Below, one piece after another: positions 11,201-22,984 of a stretch of 64,000 nucleotides of DNA; positions within the stretch are counted from its first letter, which is position 1, and each line of letters begins with the position of its first letter. The stretch is from NCBI GenBank assembly GCA_051546255.1, contig CP128816.1:1364001-1428000 (forward strand), given 5' to 3'. The notes below the pieces were generated by a model. That model saw nothing but the letters and a program-made list of their open reading frames with translations, did no database searches and was not told the origin of the DNA. The DNA is from Meyerozyma guilliermondii (Eukaryota). Both the position numbers and the translations under genes were made by a program.

Positions 11201-14200
11201 ACAGTAGCTGGGTCCAAGTCTTGAGGTGGAACAATCAAAGTAGCGTCACCAGAATGAACACCAGCGTTCTCCACATGCTCGGAAACAACGTGCATTATCA
11301 TCTTACCGTCCTTAGCCACGGCGTCCATTTCAATCTCTTTGGCGTTCTCAATGTACTTGGTGATCACCACAGGATAGTCGGGAGAAACGTCCACGGCTTG
11401 GGTCAAGTACGAAGCCAAATCGTCACGAGAGTAAACTGTGTTCATGGCAGCTCCAGACAAGACATATGAAGGACGAACAAGAACTGGATAGGTGACCTTT
11501 TCGGCAAACTCCTCGGCTTCTTCGATCGAAGTAAGTTCTTTCCATGCTGGTTGGTCGACGCCAATCTTGTCCAACATTCTCGAGAACTTGTATCTGTTTT
11601 CAGCCGAGTCAATCATCTCTGGAGAAGTACCCAAAATCTTGACGTTTTGGCGATGCAATGGCAAGGCAATATTGTTACTTGTTTGTCCACCCATGGAAAT
11701 AATCACACCAGAAGACTGTTCCAAGTCGTAGATATCCAAAACTCTCTCCAAATTGATGGTTTCAAAGTACAATCTGTCGGCTTCGTCGTAGTCTGTCGAA
11801 ACGGTTTCTGGGTTGTAGTTGATCATAATGGTCTTGGTGCCGTTTTCACGCAAGGTTCTGATGGCTCTAACGGCACACCAGTCGAATTCCACCGACGATC
11901 CAATACGGTAGACTCCAGAACCCAAAACAATTACTCCGTGCTCGTCGAAAGTCACATCTGAAGAGTCGGCGTTGTAGGTGATGTACAAGTAGTTGGTGAA
12001 GGCAGGGAACTCGGCAGCAACCGTATCGATTTGCTTGACGAAAGGCACCACACCAGCTTCCTTTCTCACTCTTCTGACAGCGACTTCATTGGAGTTCAAA
12101 AACTTGGCAATTTGTCTGTCTTCGAAACCCAACTGCTTGGCTTGTCTCATGATGGTAACTGGTAAAGCGTCGGTAGATCCATAGGAAGCAATCAAGTTTC
12201 CAAATTCAATCAAACCGTTCAATTTGTTCAAAAACCACTTGTCGATGTTGGTGAGTTTCCAAACCTTGTCGACGGTGTATCCATCAGATAAAGCATTGGC
12301 AATTGCAAACAAACGCTGGTCCGAAGGGGTCTGCAATTCGGTGTCTATGTCGATCGACATCAACGCAGAAGTCTTGTTGAAACCCAAATTGTGGTAATCT
12401 GTGGATCTAATAGCCTTTTGAATGGCTTCTTCGAATGTTCTACCAATAGCCATCACTTCTCCCACCGACTTCATCGACGACGACAACAACGACGACACTC
12501 TGGTGAACTTCTTCAAGTCCCATCTGGGGATCTTGACCACCACGTAGTCCAAAGAAGGCTCGAAACAAGCACAGGTGGACCTGGTGACGGAGTTGCGAAT
12601 TTCGTTCAATGGAATGTTCAAACCCAACTTGGCCGCAGTGTAAGCCAATGGGTAACCGGTGGCCTTGGAAGCCAAAGCAGAAGAACGAGACAATCTAGCA
12701 TTGACCTCGATAATACAATAATCCTTGGAAAATGGGTTCAAGGCGTACTGGATGTTACACTCACCAACAACCCCCAAGTGTCTGATGACATTGACAGCGG
12801 TGGTTCTCAACATGTTGTAGTCCTCGTCAGACAAAGTTTGCGAAGGTGCAACCACAATCGAGTCACCGGTGTGGATCCCCAAGGGATCAAAGTTCTCCAT
12901 GTTACAAACGGTGATACAGTTGTCGAAAGCATCACGAACAACTTCATATTCAACTTCTTTCCATCCTTTCATGGATCTTTCCACCAAAACTTGCGGAGAA
13001 GTAGCAAATGCCTTGTTACAAAGAGCCACCAATTCTTCTTCGTTGTCAGCGAATCCGGATCCCAAACCACCCAAAGCATAAGCAGCTCTGACGATCAATG
13101 GGTAGCCGATTTCATTGGCGGCTCTGATAGCTTCGGACACGCTTTCAACAGCTTCAGAACGAGCACATTTTTCGCCGATTTCTTCCATGGCTTGAGCGAA
13201 CAATTCTCTGTCTTCGGTGGTAATAACAGTGTCGATAGGAGTACCCAAAACCTTGACTCCCAAACCTTCAAATTCCTCCTTCAATTTGATACCGACGTTC
13301 AACGCAGTTTGTCCACCAAAAGTACAGTAGATACCATCGGGACGCTCGTGTTGGATAACCTTTCTCACGAATTCGGGAGTCACTGGCAAGAAATAAACCT
13401 TGTCTGCCAACCCGCGAGAAGTCTGAATGGTTGCAATGTTGGGGTTAATCAAAACGGTGTAGATTCCTTCTTCTTTCAACGCCTTGATAGCCTGCGAACC
13501 CGAGTAATCGAACTCTCCAGCTTGACCAATCGACAAACCACCAGAACCCAAAACCAACACTTTTTTGACTTCAACCTTAGGATGGGCTGCTCTGTTGGTA
13601 GCCAAGTCTCCACCAGGAAACTCCACTGCCTTGTGGACCCCGGACTTGGTGAAGTCTACCACCGACTGGATGAAAACATCAAACAAAAATTCGGTGTCTC
13701 TTGGACCTGGGGTGGATTCAGGGTGGAATTGCACCGAGAAGTATGGCTTGGTTTCGTGGTAAATACCTTCGTTGGAGCCGTCGTTGGCGTTGACAAACAA
13801 CTCTTTCCATTGAGGAGCCAAAGTGTTGGAATCGACGGCATAACCGTGGTTCTGAGATGTGATGTAACATCTGCCCGAAATTCTCGAAGTACATGGAATA
13901 TTGTGACCACGGTTACCAAACTTCAACTTCAAAGTAGAGGCACCAGTGGCACGGGCGAGCAACTGATGTCCCAAACAGATACCAAACACTGGAGTTTTTC
14001 CTTCTTGAAGCACTTTTTTCAAGTGAGAAACGGTTTTGGTCATCACGGCTGGATCACCAGGACCGTTGGAAACGAACAAACCATCGTACTTTTCGTTGGT
14101 AAAGTCGTAGTCCCAGGGAACAACCTTCAACTCGACACCTCTTCTCACGAAACATCTAATTTGGTTGAATTTCAAACCCACATCCACGGCTAAAATTCTA

Positions 14201-14871
14201 ATTGGTTTTCCATCTTTGCCAAGTTTGACCTCCGACAAAGGTGATGGAGCATAGGTAACGGGTTCCTTGGTAGACACCTCAGCCACCAAGTTTTTGACGT
14301 TGGGATCGTCCCATTCTGGAACTGAAAAGTTGGTTTTCCAGTCACCAGAGTAGGCCAAAACTTCAGTGGAAGAAATGGAGTCGTTTTGCAAAGCCAATCT
14401 TCCCAAAGTTGAACCTTTTTCTCTCAATCTTTTGGTCAACGAACGAGTATCCACACCGTAAATGGCAGGAACTCCTTGCTCTTTCAACCATTGACCCAAA
14501 GACGATTTAGCAAGCCAATGAGAATACTCTTCAGTATAGTGCGCAACCACCAAACCAGCAATATGAATTCTAGACAGCTCAAAATACTTGGGGAGTTGAG
14601 GAACATCTTCATCCTTCAAATTGCGGTCGGGAACACCATAATTACCAACCAACGGATAGGTGATAACCAAAATTTGACCCTCATAAGATGGGTCAGTGAT
14701 GGACTCAGGGTAGCCCACCATACCAGTTTGGAACACCACTTCACCAGCAGCGGTCACGGGAGCACCAAATGAGTAACCCTGCAAGGCAATTCCATCGTGG
14801 GTCTCCAAAGTCATCAAGCGGTCACCGCAAGCTTCCTTCATGGGGGGAGTAATTGGAGCTGAAAGCGACAT
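8260..14871 (-). CDS. URA2: Multifunctional carbamoyl-phosphate synthetase / aspartate transcarbamylase with inactive DHOase-like domain
   Basis: GATase GICLGHQ and [21 protein letters not shown]; ATCase FYEPSTRT and MHPLPR; 2203 aa. Confidence 0.99.
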   Translation of the reverse strand: MSLSAPITPPMKEACGDRLMTLETHDGIALQGYSFGAPVTAAGEVVFQTGMVGYPESITDPSYEGQILVITYPLVGNYGVPDRNLKDEDVPQLPKYFELSRIHIAGLVVAHYTEEYSHWLAKSSLGQWLKEQGVPAIYGVDTRSLTKRLREKGSTLGRLALQNDSISSTEVLAYSGDWKTNFSVPEWDDPNVKNLVAEVSTKEPVTYAPSPLSEVKLGKDGKPIRILAVDVGLKFNQIRCFVRRGVELKVVPWDYDFTNEKYDGLFVSNGPGDPAVMTKTVSHLKKVLQEGKTPVFGICLGHQLLARATGASTLKLKFGNRGHNIPCTSRISGRCYITSQNHGYAVDSNTLAPQWKELFVNANDGSNEGIYHETKPYFSVQFHPESTPGPRDTEFLFDVFIQSVVDFTKSGVHKAVEFPGGDLATNRAAHPKVEVKKVLVLGSGGLSIGQAGEFDYSGSQAIKALKEEGIYTVLINPNIATIQTSRGLADKVYFLPVTPEFVRKVIQHERPDGIYCTFGGQTALNVGIKLKEEFEGLGVKVLGTPIDTVITTEDRELFAQAMEEIGEKCARSEAVESVSEAIRAANEIGYPLIVRAAYALGGLGSGFADNEEELVALCNKAFATSPQVLVERSMKGWKEVEYEVVRDAFDNCITVCNMENFDPLGIHTGDSIVVAPSQTLSDEDYNMLRTTAVNVIRHLGVVGECNIQYALNPFSKDYCIIEVNARLSRSSALASKATGYPLAYTAAKLGLNIPLNEIRNSVTRSTCACFEPSLDYVVVKIPRWDLKKFTRVSSLLSSSMKSVGEVMAIGRTFEEAIQKAIRSTDYHNLGFNKTSALMSIDIDTELQTPSDQRLFAIANALSDGYTVDKVWKLTNIDKWFLNKLNGLIEFGNLIASYGSTDALPVTIMRQAKQLGFEDRQIAKFLNSNEVAVRRVRKEAGVVPFVKQIDTVAAEFPAFTNYLYITYNADSSDVTFDEHGVIVLGSGVYRIGSSVEFDWCAVRAIRTLRENGTKTIMINYNPETVSTDYDEADRLYFETINLERVLDIYDLEQSSGVIISMGGQTSNNIALPLHRQNVKILGTSPEMIDSAENRYKFSRMLDKIGVDQPAWKELTSIEEAEEFAEKVTYPVLVRPSYVLSGAAMNTVYSRDDLASYLTQAVDVSPDYPVVITKYIENAKEIEMDAVAKDGKMIMHVVSEHVENAGVHSGDATLIVPPQDLDPATVERIVEATARIGKALDITGPYNIQFIAKDNEIKVIECNVRASRSFPFISKVVGTDLIELATKAIMDMPVTPYPGEKLPSDYCAVKVPQFSFSRLAGADPVLGVEMASTGEVATFGHNKYEAYLKSLISTGFKLPKKNILFSIGSYKEKQELLPSIQKLHELGYKLFATSGTADFIKEHGVPVHYLEVLGSQDDQKSEYSLTQHLANNLIDLYINLPSSNRFRRPASYMSKGYESRRMAIDYSIPLVTNVKCAKLLIEALARNITLDVSNNDAQTSHNTAVIPGLVNITSFVPSFEDFEATTKASLAAGFTHNAFLPQTIEGSTIVDSESLLEAIESASENAFTDFSMSIAGSESNSEEASQAEQNAGALFLPFNDFANSKVSAISSHFASWPESKPIITDAKATDLASVLLLASLHTRSIHITGVSSQEDLNLIRMAKEKKLQVTCDVAVHSLFMNREEYPQYSFLPTKNDQDALWQNLVDVDCFSIGVLPYVINKAANRSITAGLGISEVLPLLLSAVKEKRLKLEDIVSRFHDNPVKIFNIPKQDATVELDLDRVVKVENALTNRKLVGFVERVSVHNQTVCLDGASVVQHALGKNEVTPRARFTATTTTPASPALNRKARMSFDTRRPSVYKDSNESEFEKLGSELVSQPPAGSLGEFNALADYIRNHNSFLRNSVLSVSDFSRSDLHSLFTVAQEMRSAVKRQGVLDLLKGRLLATMFYEPSTRTSSSFDAAMQRLGGRVLAVSAGSSSIKKGETLQDTIRTLACYSDAIVLRHPEESSASIAAKYSPVPIINGGNGSREHPTQALLDLFTIREELGTVNGITVTFMGDLKYGRPVHSLCHLLRHYQVRVQLVSPKELSLPKGIKDMLVENGMLVSESEALTEDLIARSDVLYCTRVQEERFADKEQYHRLKDTYIVNNKILSYAKQHMCVMHPLPRTNEISEEVDFDQRAAYFRQMRHGLFVRMALLAMVIGVDF

Positions 14872-14958
14872 GATGTATGACCTGTAATGTAGTACTTTAT
14901 CTAAGGGGAGTATCGATGGGGAGATTCAATACTATGAGTAATAAAGACCAACTACTGC

Positions 14959-15154
14959 CTGCTGTTAGTTACTGAGAAATGGAAATTCGCACTGCGAATG
15001 CTATGAGCAGAATCGAAATCATGAGCACAAATGAGCACAAAGTGATGCAAAAGTGATGAGCACACGAGATGAAAATTGCCAAAAAGTAAAGTGGCAAAAT
15101 GTACTAGAAGGTTCAGAGAGTTATAGAGCACTACACTCTCTCACCAACACTTAC
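14959..15154 (-). other. Candidate 5' UTR intron of URA2
   Basis: AAA/GTAAGT donor at 15154, AACTAAC branch at 14970-14964, CAG ending 14959 (alternatives 14955, 14952, 14882); S. cerevisiae URA2 has a 5' UTR intron. Confidence 0.6.
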
Positions 15155-15239
15155 TTTTTGATCACCGGGAAGTGGCTGAAAATGTTGATGAGAGAGAAGA
15201 GAGAAGAGAGAGAAAAAGAATCCGCGCCGAAATCACAAG

Positions 15240-15272
15240 TTTAAATAGATGGCAGAATTTTTTCGCGATGAG
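15240..15272. promoter_or_regulatory. URA2 promoter: TATA-like, RRPE-like and PAC motifs
   Basis: TATTTAAA (-) at 15240-15247, AATTTTTTC at 15256-15264, GCGATGAG at 15265-15272. Confidence 0.5.
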
Positions 15273-15774
15273 ACTACGTCAGTGATGGTGCATGTGGTGT
15301 CTGGGTGGGTGCACTGGGTGCCATCTCAAGGCAAGGGAAAAGAAAAGAAAATGAAATAAACAGGTTCTGAAGTGCTGTGCGTAATCTGTTTGGTGAATTG
15401 CAATTGAGCAATACTATATTTTCACAAATTTTCATCTCTCATTTCTCATTTTTCAATTTTTCATTTTTCCAAAAATATCAATTTTCAAAAATATGCAATT
15501 GGTTGAATTAGCGTATAAATTCTCCAGACTCTCCTACTTCAGCTGCTCATACTCCTTTTATCTTTTCATTTCTCTTCTCTCTACTTCTCTTTTCTCTTTT
15601 CTTCTTTCCCCACTTCTCTTCCGGCTCCGAAAAGGCCGAGATCCGGCCCTCCGCACTTCAGCCGCACGCCAATGTGTCATATCTACTCCGATATATATAA
15701 ATGCCGGCCCCGCGATTTGCTACAAAACTACATATGGTTGTCTCATAGATTCTTTCATTACTTTTTATTTCTTG

Positions 15775-17412
15775 ATGACCACTCATTCGTTGTCATCTTT
15801 AGAGTCCGATGACATCTCTCACCCCAACTACCACGAGGCTATTCCCATAGAACTCAGTAATGTGGCAGATGAAGCGGTATCTCGACAAATCTCGAGAATC
15901 CAGTCACGACGGTCTTCGGCTTCAAAAATAAGTGAGGTTTCGGAAGAACATTCGGAACCACCATATGCATCACAATCTGCACAAAAATCGGATGATCTCG
16001 AAAATGCTGCAGGAGTTGATGCTGCAAAGACAAAGACTCGAGAGTCGATTTCTAACAACGCCAACTTTACTCGGTTTTCCGAGTCCAAGAAAAACTTGTG
16101 TGTTGTTATCGCGGCGTCATCAGGGTTTCTTTCTCCTCTTTCCGGGTTGGCATTTTTACCAGCAGTGCCAGAAATTGCTGCAAGATTCAATACCACCGGA
16201 GAAGTTATCAATATTTCCAGTGCAGTATATTGCGTTTTCATGTCACTTTCACCATGCATTTTCTCTCCTATCTCCGATATTTACGGCCGGAGAATTACGT
16301 TTTTGGTATGTGCTTTCTTGTTTTCGGTATGCACGATTTTGGTGGCCGTTTCGGTGAATCTCACCATGTTTTACATTTTTAGATCGTTGACAGCACTTTT
16401 TGGAACTTCCTTTTTTAGCATTGGGGGCCATATTGTTGGAGACTTGTATCCTCCGGTTCGTCGGGGAACTTATATGGCATGGATTATTTCCGGAGCACAA
16501 CTAGGAACCGCATTTGGTAGTGTTGGCGGAGGAATTATTGTCAATTATACGTCGTGGAGAATTATTTTTTGGGTCCTTGCAGGCATAGGATTCGGAGTAT
16601 TTGTTCCAGCATTCATATTTTTGCCGGAAACTCTGGCACAAACCCGGCATCAATTGGTTCTTGAAGAAATTCATAAAGATAATCCGGGGAAAAAATTTGT
16701 TTGGATTCCTATTAATCCTTTCAGCGTTATGGGAGCACTCAAGTATCCCAATTTGGCCATTGACGGCTATATCACCATTACAATTTTGTTTACAATGTAC
16801 TCGCTTCTCACACCTATTCGGTATGTGGTGGATCCTCGGTTTCATTTGGAGAAACCTATCTATAGTGGGCTATTCTATTTGGCTCCAGGGATGGGGTTTC
16901 TTGTTGGAAGCTTTTTTGGAGGAAAATGGGCCGACTCGGTGGTGAAAAAATGGATTGCTAAAAGAGGAAAACGGGTTCCGGAAGATCGAATTCGGCAGGT
17001 GATTATTCCGCTCGGAATAGTTTATCCGGTATCGATATTAATCTATGGCTGGTCCATTGAAAAGGCTAAGGGAGGCATGGCGGTGCCAATAATCTTTATG
17101 TTTCTATGTGGAGCTGCGCAGGTGTGTATTTTTCCGGCAATTAATGTGTACTGCGTCGATTCTATGCCGCAAATTGGTGGTCTGGCCATCGCCAGCAGCT
17201 ATTTTACCCGATATTTGGCGGCAGCAGTTGCGTCTGCAACTTGTTTGAGGAGCGTAGAACGCATAGGAGTCGGATGGACATGCACAATTAGCGCATTTGT
17301 GCTCTGGAGTGGACTTGGGTGCGCATTGGTGCTCATTTATTATGGTGAAAGTATGCGAGAAAAAGCTGTAAAGAAGCAGGAGAGAAAGAAGTCCAAAACC
17401 AACAGTAGCTAA
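15775..17412 (+). CDS. MFS drug:H+ antiporter (DHA1 family, Qdr/Dtr1-like)
   Basis: About 12 hydrophobic segments, SPISDIYGRR motif A, GDLYPPVRRG, PET and PEDR motifs; TATATAAA at 15694 favours ATG 15775. Confidence 0.85.
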   Translation: MTTHSLSSLESDDISHPNYHEAIPIELSNVADEAVSRQISRIQSRRSSASKISEVSEEHSEPPYASQSAQKSDDLENAAGVDAAKTKTRESISNNANFTRFSESKKNLCVVIAASSGFLSPLSGLAFLPAVPEIAARFNTTGEVINISSAVYCVFMSLSPCIFSPISDIYGRRITFLVCAFLFSVCTILVAVSVNLTMFYIFRSLTALFGTSFFSIGGHIVGDLYPPVRRGTYMAWIISGAQLGTAFGSVGGGIIVNYTSWRIIFWVLAGIGFGVFVPAFIFLPETLAQTRHQLVLEEIHKDNPGKKFVWIPINPFSVMGALKYPNLAIDGYITITILFTMYSLLTPIRYVVDPRFHLEKPIYSGLFYLAPGMGFLVGSFFGGKWADSVVKKWIAKRGKRVPEDRIRQVIIPLGIVYPVSILIYGWSIEKAKGGMAVPIIFMFLCGAAQVCIFPAINVYCVDSMPQIGGLAIASSYFTRYLAAAVASATCLRSVERIGVGWTCTISAFVLWSGLGCALVLIYYGESMREKAVKKQERKKSKTNSS

Positions 17413-17583
17413 ATTCAAATAACACAATAATCAAGAACAAATATACAAAAACTCAATTTTTCAGCGCCCGTTGGGCGCATCGTGGCTGGGCACCCAAACA
17501 CCGCGGCTGTTGAAGTTTGAGTAGCTTTGCTTCAGAAATATTTTACTCCCCATTTCCCGGCCTAATACCCACTTCTAGTCGCC

Positions 17584-20259
17584 ATGGCTTGGTTTCCAAG
17601 CAGACTCCGAGTCCACCAGCCGGAAACACCATTAGGAATGGCAGTGCGTAACTTTATAAGCAAGGTGGCTCTGGCTCTTTACCCATACGTTTCATTCGTG
17701 ATTCCCAATTTCAAAGCTGCTCACTACACGTATATCATATTCTGGGTGTTTTTGGGGCTGGTGTTGATGTACCCGGTCCACAACATGCGGTATATTGACG
17801 TTTTGTTCTTGAGTGGAGGAGCTTCGACCCAGGCTGGTCTCAACACTGTTGACATCAATAACATCAAATTGTACCAGCAAATCATAGCGTATCTCGTGAC
17901 GATGGTGACGACGCCCATCTTTATCCACGGTTCGTTGTTGTTCTGGCGGCTTTTCTTTTTTGAGCGGTATTTTGACGGAATAAAAGAACGGCTGAAACTC
18001 GACTTTAAGATGCGACGAAATGCCACTTTGGCGGCCCGGACCCGCACAAACGAGTCCACAAGAAATACCGGCACCGACTCGTCTCGAAACGCTGGTACTA
18101 CAAGAGTGAATACTCCTATTACGAGTGTTGATCCTACGGAAAAATCTGCTCATGAACCGAACCACGGAGAAACTTCGTTGCCTTCTTCTGAGTCCACCGG
18201 AAACGCAGAGCACTACAGTGAGCCCAGTGACGACGACGAAAACCACCCCGAAACGTCGGCTGGAATCCGGTTTGGAAATCTTCCGCAACCTCGAAAAGTG
18301 GCCGTGGAGCCGTCCGACATGTACCGGTCGATTGCCATGCTTCAAAATAACCACCACGACGGAGGTGATGGTGGAGGAGACGACGACGACGTGCTCATCA
18401 TCAAGTCGCCCGGAGAAATCGAAAACGACGCTGCTAACCCGATTTACACCAAGCGGCTGCAAATCCAGTTCAACGTTAACAAATCTCCCATCAAGGATTG
18501 GAAGCGCAAAAGACGGAGATCGCAGTGGCTGATGCTCCGCAAGACGTTCAGCAACTCGGGAAGTCCCCGGCACCGTCGGCGCATGCTGGCGCTGCTGATA
18601 GCGCTGGAGGAAAATGACGAAAATGACGAAAATGACGACGACGAAAGTATTGATTCCGAGGACGAAACTGGCCATCATCTGGACTACGCCGTGACGGACG
18701 ACGACGCCAGCGAGCGGGATTTGGGCATAGACGAGAGAATGGAGGCGGGCGAAGCCCATAACGACCACCGACGACGATTCAGAAAACAGTTGCGTCGACT
18801 CACGTCGTCCGGAATGGTTCGAAATTTCACCAACGCCAGCACAAGACCCGAGTCCGAGTCCGAGTCCGACGACGAGTTCGGTTTGGGGCGAACCATGAGC
18901 ACCAACTACTTGTCGTGGGTTCCCACGGTGGGCCGGAATTCGACTTTTGTGCATTTGACCGACGAACAAAAAGATGAGCTTGGAGGAGTGGAGTACCGGG
19001 CAGTCAAGCTTCTCATCAAGATTATTGTCGTTTACTACGTTGGGTACCATTTGATCGCACTTGCAATGATGTGGATCTATATTTCCAAGAGACCCAACTA
19101 CCAAGAAATTCTTCGAGCCCAGGGAATCAACCCAACTTGGTGGGCTATATTCACAGCACAATCTGCCTTCAACGATTTGGGTCTTACGCTCACAGCAAAC
19201 TCAATGGCAAGCTTTGACCGGTCGTTGTTCGTGTTGATCGTTATGAGTTTTTTCATCGTGATTGGAAATACTGGGTTCCCGGTGCTTTTACGGTTCATCA
19301 TTTGGATCATGTTCAAGTTTGCCAAACCGCTCTCGTTGTACAAGGAGTCGCTAGGGTTTCTTCTCGACCATCCTCGTCGTTGTTTCACGCTTTTATTTCC
19401 TTCGGTACCAACTTGGTGGTTGTTTTTTATCCTTGTGGTTCTCAACGCCGTGGACTTGATTTTGTTCGTGGTGCTCGATTTGCACAATAAGTACTTGAGC
19501 TCGTACCCAGTGGGGTACCGGGTGATGGACGGGCTTTTCCAGGCTTTCAGTACGAGAACCGCTGGGTTTTCCGTGCTAGATCTCTCCAAACTTCACTCGG
19601 CAGTCCAGGTCAGTTACATGTTGATGATGTACATCTCGGTGTTACCGTTGGCCATTTCTATCAGAAGAACTAATGTCTACGAAGAGCAGTCGTTGGGAGT
19701 GTACTTGCGAGACGAAAACCACGAAGAAGCCAATGACGACTCACCGCAAAACTTTGTTGGGGCCCATTTGCGAAACCAATTGTCGTTTGATTTGTGGTTT
19801 ATTTTCTTGGGTTTGTTCATTATCTGCATTGCCGAAGGCGGAAAACTCGACAACGACGATTTCCGGTTCTCGGTGTTCTCGGTTCTCTTTGAAGTCATCA
19901 GTGCCTATGGAACCGTGGGTATGTCGTTGGGTTATCCGGACGTAAATACCTCGTTGTCCGGCAAATTTACCACACTTTCCAAACTCGTTATCATCGCTAT
20001 GATGATCCGAGGTCGTCACAGAGGCCTCCCGTACTCCTTGGATCGTGCCATTATGCTTCCAGATAAGCAAATGGAAAGAAGAGACCGAGTACAAGAGAGC
20101 CATGCTCTTCGCCGTGAGCAAACTTTGGAGCGTTCAGCTACCATTGCAGACAATCCTTTCACACGGATATTCACTCGCCGTGGCTCCAATACCTCAGGCT
20201 TGCGTAGACGTCGCTCACGCAACAGTACCACGGGATACGAGATGGAAGACATGTCTTGA
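17584..20259 (+). CDS. TRK1: Trk family potassium transporter
   Basis: Pore motifs TQAGLN, AFNDLG, FSTRTAGF, SAYGTVG; GGVEYRA. Confidence 0.93.
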   Translation: MAWFPSRLRVHQPETPLGMAVRNFISKVALALYPYVSFVIPNFKAAHYTYIIFWVFLGLVLMYPVHNMRYIDVLFLSGGASTQAGLNTVDINNIKLYQQIIAYLVTMVTTPIFIHGSLLFWRLFFFERYFDGIKERLKLDFKMRRNATLAARTRTNESTRNTGTDSSRNAGTTRVNTPITSVDPTEKSAHEPNHGETSLPSSESTGNAEHYSEPSDDDENHPETSAGIRFGNLPQPRKVAVEPSDMYRSIAMLQNNHHDGGDGGGDDDDVLIIKSPGEIENDAANPIYTKRLQIQFNVNKSPIKDWKRKRRRSQWLMLRKTFSNSGSPRHRRRMLALLIALEENDENDENDDDESIDSEDETGHHLDYAVTDDDASERDLGIDERMEAGEAHNDHRRRFRKQLRRLTSSGMVRNFTNASTRPESESESDDEFGLGRTMSTNYLSWVPTVGRNSTFVHLTDEQKDELGGVEYRAVKLLIKIIVVYYVGYHLIALAMMWIYISKRPNYQEILRAQGINPTWWAIFTAQSAFNDLGLTLTANSMASFDRSLFVLIVMSFFIVIGNTGFPVLLRFIIWIMFKFAKPLSLYKESLGFLLDHPRRCFTLLFPSVPTWWLFFILVVLNAVDLILFVVLDLHNKYLSSYPVGYRVMDGLFQAFSTRTAGFSVLDLSKLHSAVQVSYMLMMYISVLPLAISIRRTNVYEEQSLGVYLRDENHEEANDDSPQNFVGAHLRNQLSFDLWFIFLGLFIICIAEGGKLDNDDFRFSVFSVLFEVISAYGTVGMSLGYPDVNTSLSGKFTTLSKLVIIAMMIRGRHRGLPYSLDRAIMLPDKQMERRDRVQESHALRREQTLERSATIADNPFTRIFTRRGSNTSGLRRRRSRNSTTGYEMEDMS

Positions 20260-20330
20260 AGTTGAAATTGCAGCATTGACACCTGCATATAACCCACATA
20301 TCGGATTATTGTGCGCGACATGCGACATGT

Positions 20331-20340
20331 ATCTCATCGC
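20331..20340 (-). promoter_or_regulatory. PAC element upstream of IMP4
   Basis: ATCTCATCGC = GCGATGAGAT just upstream of a ribosome-biogenesis gene. Confidence 0.7.
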
Positions 20341-20376
20341 ATCTTACATATTTGTGCATCTGTGCAGCAGACGGAA

Positions 20377-21228
20377 ATGATCAGAAAACAGGCCCGAGAA
20401 AGAAGAGAGTTTCTCTACCGCAAGTCGGTACAGCTCCAGGAATCGAAGCTCGCCGAGAAACGCCGGCAGTTGAAGGCAGCTTTGGCTTCAGGAAAACCGC
20501 TTTCGAAAGATTTGGCCGAAGATGAACAGCTTCGAAAAGATTTCATTTTCGATGAAAGTGAGCAGGTGAATGTCGATGACGAGTATTCTGCGCTCAGCGG
20601 CATTGCGGAGCCCAAGGTGATTGTGACAACGTCGAGAAGTCCATCGGTAAAACTTCTTCAGTTCGCCAAAGAGATGAAACTATTTTTTCCGCAATCGGTG
20701 AAACTCAACCGGGGAAACTACATTGTTCCAGAACTCGTGGAGTCTTGCAAAAAAGTCAATATGACTGACATGGTGGTGCTTCACGAGCACCGAGGGGTTC
20801 CCACGTCGCTCACAATCTCGCATTTTCCCCATGGACCAACCGCCATGTTCTCATTGCACAATGTCAAACTTCGTCATGATTTGCCCAATCTTGGTAATAT
20901 TTCCGAGGCATATCCACATTTAATTTTTGAAAACTTTACCACGCCGCTCGGACAGAGAGTGGTACAAATTCTCAAGCATTTGTTTCCGCCTGGAGCTAAA
21001 AAAGATAGTTCCAGAGTTATCACATTTGTCAATAATGACGACTTTATAACCGTGAGACACCATGTATATGTACGAACAAAAGACAGTGTTGAGCTCAGTG
21101 AAGTGGGACCACGATTTGAAATGAAGCTTTATGAGGTTCGGTTGGGGTTGATCGACAACAAGGATAGCGATATCGAGTGGCAGGCCAAGCGGTTTATCAG
21201 GACTGCCAACCGGAAGAATTATTTGTAA
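20377..21228 (+). CDS. IMP4: U3 snoRNP Brix-domain protein Imp4
   Basis: [16 protein letters not shown] start; [26 protein letters not shown]. Confidence 0.96.
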   Translation: MIRKQARERREFLYRKSVQLQESKLAEKRRQLKAALASGKPLSKDLAEDEQLRKDFIFDESEQVNVDDEYSALSGIAEPKVIVTTSRSPSVKLLQFAKEMKLFFPQSVKLNRGNYIVPELVESCKKVNMTDMVVLHEHRGVPTSLTISHFPHGPTAMFSLHNVKLRHDLPNLGNISEAYPHLIFENFTTPLGQRVVQILKHLFPPGAKKDSSRVITFVNNDDFITVRHHVYVRTKDSVELSEVGPRFEMKLYEVRLGLIDNKDSDIEWQAKRFIRTANRKNYL

Positions 21229-21503
21229 AGAAGGTTAACGAAGACTGAATGCCAGACTTTGAAATTAGTCGCTGAATGCTTCAACAAGTTAAGGAAAAAC
21301 AGCGATATGAACCCAAGTGTTTGTAAACTAGATAAAATACATAGTGGAAGGAAGTTGGTAGTGACAGAGGTGTAGTGGAAAAGATGGAAAAAGTTGGAGT
21401 GTCTGGAAGAGAAAGTACGCTGCAGAGGCAGCAGTATGAGGCCGGTTTTTGGGGGTTGGTTTTCGGCTTTGGTTTTCGGATTGGAGGTGGTTTTCGGTGG
21501 TGG

Positions 21504-22454
21504 TTAGTTGCCGTTGATCTCGGTGGTGGTGCGCCGGAGACAATCACCAATAGTACTTGAAACCAAGCTTTCGTTATCGGAAGAAACAGACTTGCGGTGG
21601 AGGACGTCTTCCGAGTCGGACGAGTCGGGCGAAATCAAGTAATTATTCAAGTTGCTTTGGGGCCGGTCCTTGATGGACATATGGCGCACGGGAGCAGACT
21701 TGAGAGAGGTCATGGTAGGCACTCGACTAGTCAGGGCCAATTTTTTCGTGGTGGGCACCATCGAATGCGACACCAGTTGTCTGAAACCAGGGCGCCCTGG
21801 CGGCGATTTCCATGTTTCGTCGTTATTGACCATATCGGCATACGAGTAGAAGCTCAACGACGACCGGGACTGGTTGAGGCGTGGGGGAGAAACCGGGGAG
21901 TCGAGAGTCAGTGGCAGAAACTGCAGTTGGCTGTGGATGGAAAGCGCCGAGTTTTTCCGAGACGGGGCAAAGGGGCGGCCGAGAGCAGCATTGAGTCCCA
22001 CTACCAGCGAGTTTCGCCGGTTGGAATACACCATTTCCACGTCGTCGAGATTGGTGTTTTTGTTGGAGAGGATCTGGGTGGAGGCATCCAACGCCGGAGG
22101 AATACAGTCCTCGTTTTTGAAAAACTGACCCAGCAACGAGATCGACGAGTTGTGAGTACAGCTACGAGACCGATTGACATTACAACGGCTACACCGTGGT
22201 TGTTCTGTGACTTCCGGAGCCGGCTGAACATTTTGAACCGACCGCTCAAAAATCGGTTCTGCCGAGTCCTCGGAAGCGGGAAACTGCTCCTGGGCCACTT
22301 CCGACACTGGCAGATTCATCGGAGACGATAACTGGCCATTTATGTTGGAAACCTGTTTTGGGCCGACGGCCGAAACCAACGATTCGGCATCGTCTTCACC
22401 TCGAGACGAAGCCAGGCCGAAGGAAAAGAGCGATAGTCTGTTCTTGGTGGCCAT
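21504..22454 (-). CDS. Ser-rich Mlf3/Vhs2-like protein
   Basis: PIFERSV, CIPPALDAS, SFYSYADM motifs; convergent with IMP4 as MLF3 is in S. cerevisiae. Confidence 0.65.
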   Translation of the reverse strand: MATKNRLSLFSFGLASSRGEDDAESLVSAVGPKQVSNINGQLSSPMNLPVSEVAQEQFPASEDSAEPIFERSVQNVQPAPEVTEQPRCSRCNVNRSRSCTHNSSISLLGQFFKNEDCIPPALDASTQILSNKNTNLDDVEMVYSNRRNSLVVGLNAALGRPFAPSRKNSALSIHSQLQFLPLTLDSPVSPPRLNQSRSSLSFYSYADMVNNDETWKSPPGRPGFRQLVSHSMVPTTKKLALTSRVPTMTSLKSAPVRHMSIKDRPQSNLNNYLISPDSSDSEDVLHRKSVSSDNESLVSSTIGDCLRRTTTEINGN

Positions 22455-22984
22455 GCCGTTAAATTTTGGGCAAACAGTCGAGTTTTCGATAAACAAGAAC
22501 TATTTAATTACGCAAGGATCGCCTGGCTGAGATAAGTGCCGGACGGCGCCGTGGATGCAGGCCGGTCACAAGTCGTGCGCGGGCCATGCGATAAGTGGGG
22601 GGGGGACGGGGAAGTGCCGTGCGAGGGAGGGGGCGGAAGTGTAGGGGAAGTGGGGGGGGGGTGGCGCGGAGCAGCAGCGAAGGAAGAGTGGATTGGGTTG
22701 CGTGATGGTTGCGTGATGGTTGGGGGTTGGGGGAGGAGGGTGCATGTGCGCCACGACGTCGCCCAATCAGGAGCCGCATATTGAGATGCATGGAGTGCAG
22801 ATGCAGACAGATGGGCTGCATACAAACAGATCGTGGAGTGTGATGGAAAACGTACTGCAGGTAAGAGCTCTTGACAGTTTGAGATAATGTCGTCATCGTT
22901 GTTGTGTCGTGGTTTTTGTCGTGTCGTCGTGTCGCCCCTGCATACCACCCGCATACACCGCTTTATGCTGCACCAATATAACTT

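Noticed and set aside
12391..14193. 600-aa ORF antisense to URA2, and similar ones opposite SPT10, TRK1 and the histones
   Set aside because: Shadow ORFs expected from codon bias on the coding strand; no recognisable domains
15493..15774. N-terminal ORF-track extensions (MFS, H4, RHB1, TRM12, LAC1, UBC6, IMP4, KIP3)
   Set aside because: They run through promoter or low-complexity DNA or start at non-ATG codons; family similarity begins at later ATGs
21219..21503. About 94 open codons after the MLF3-like stop, suggesting read-through
   Set aside because: TAA stop without a strong leaky context; the G-poor strand lowers stop frequency
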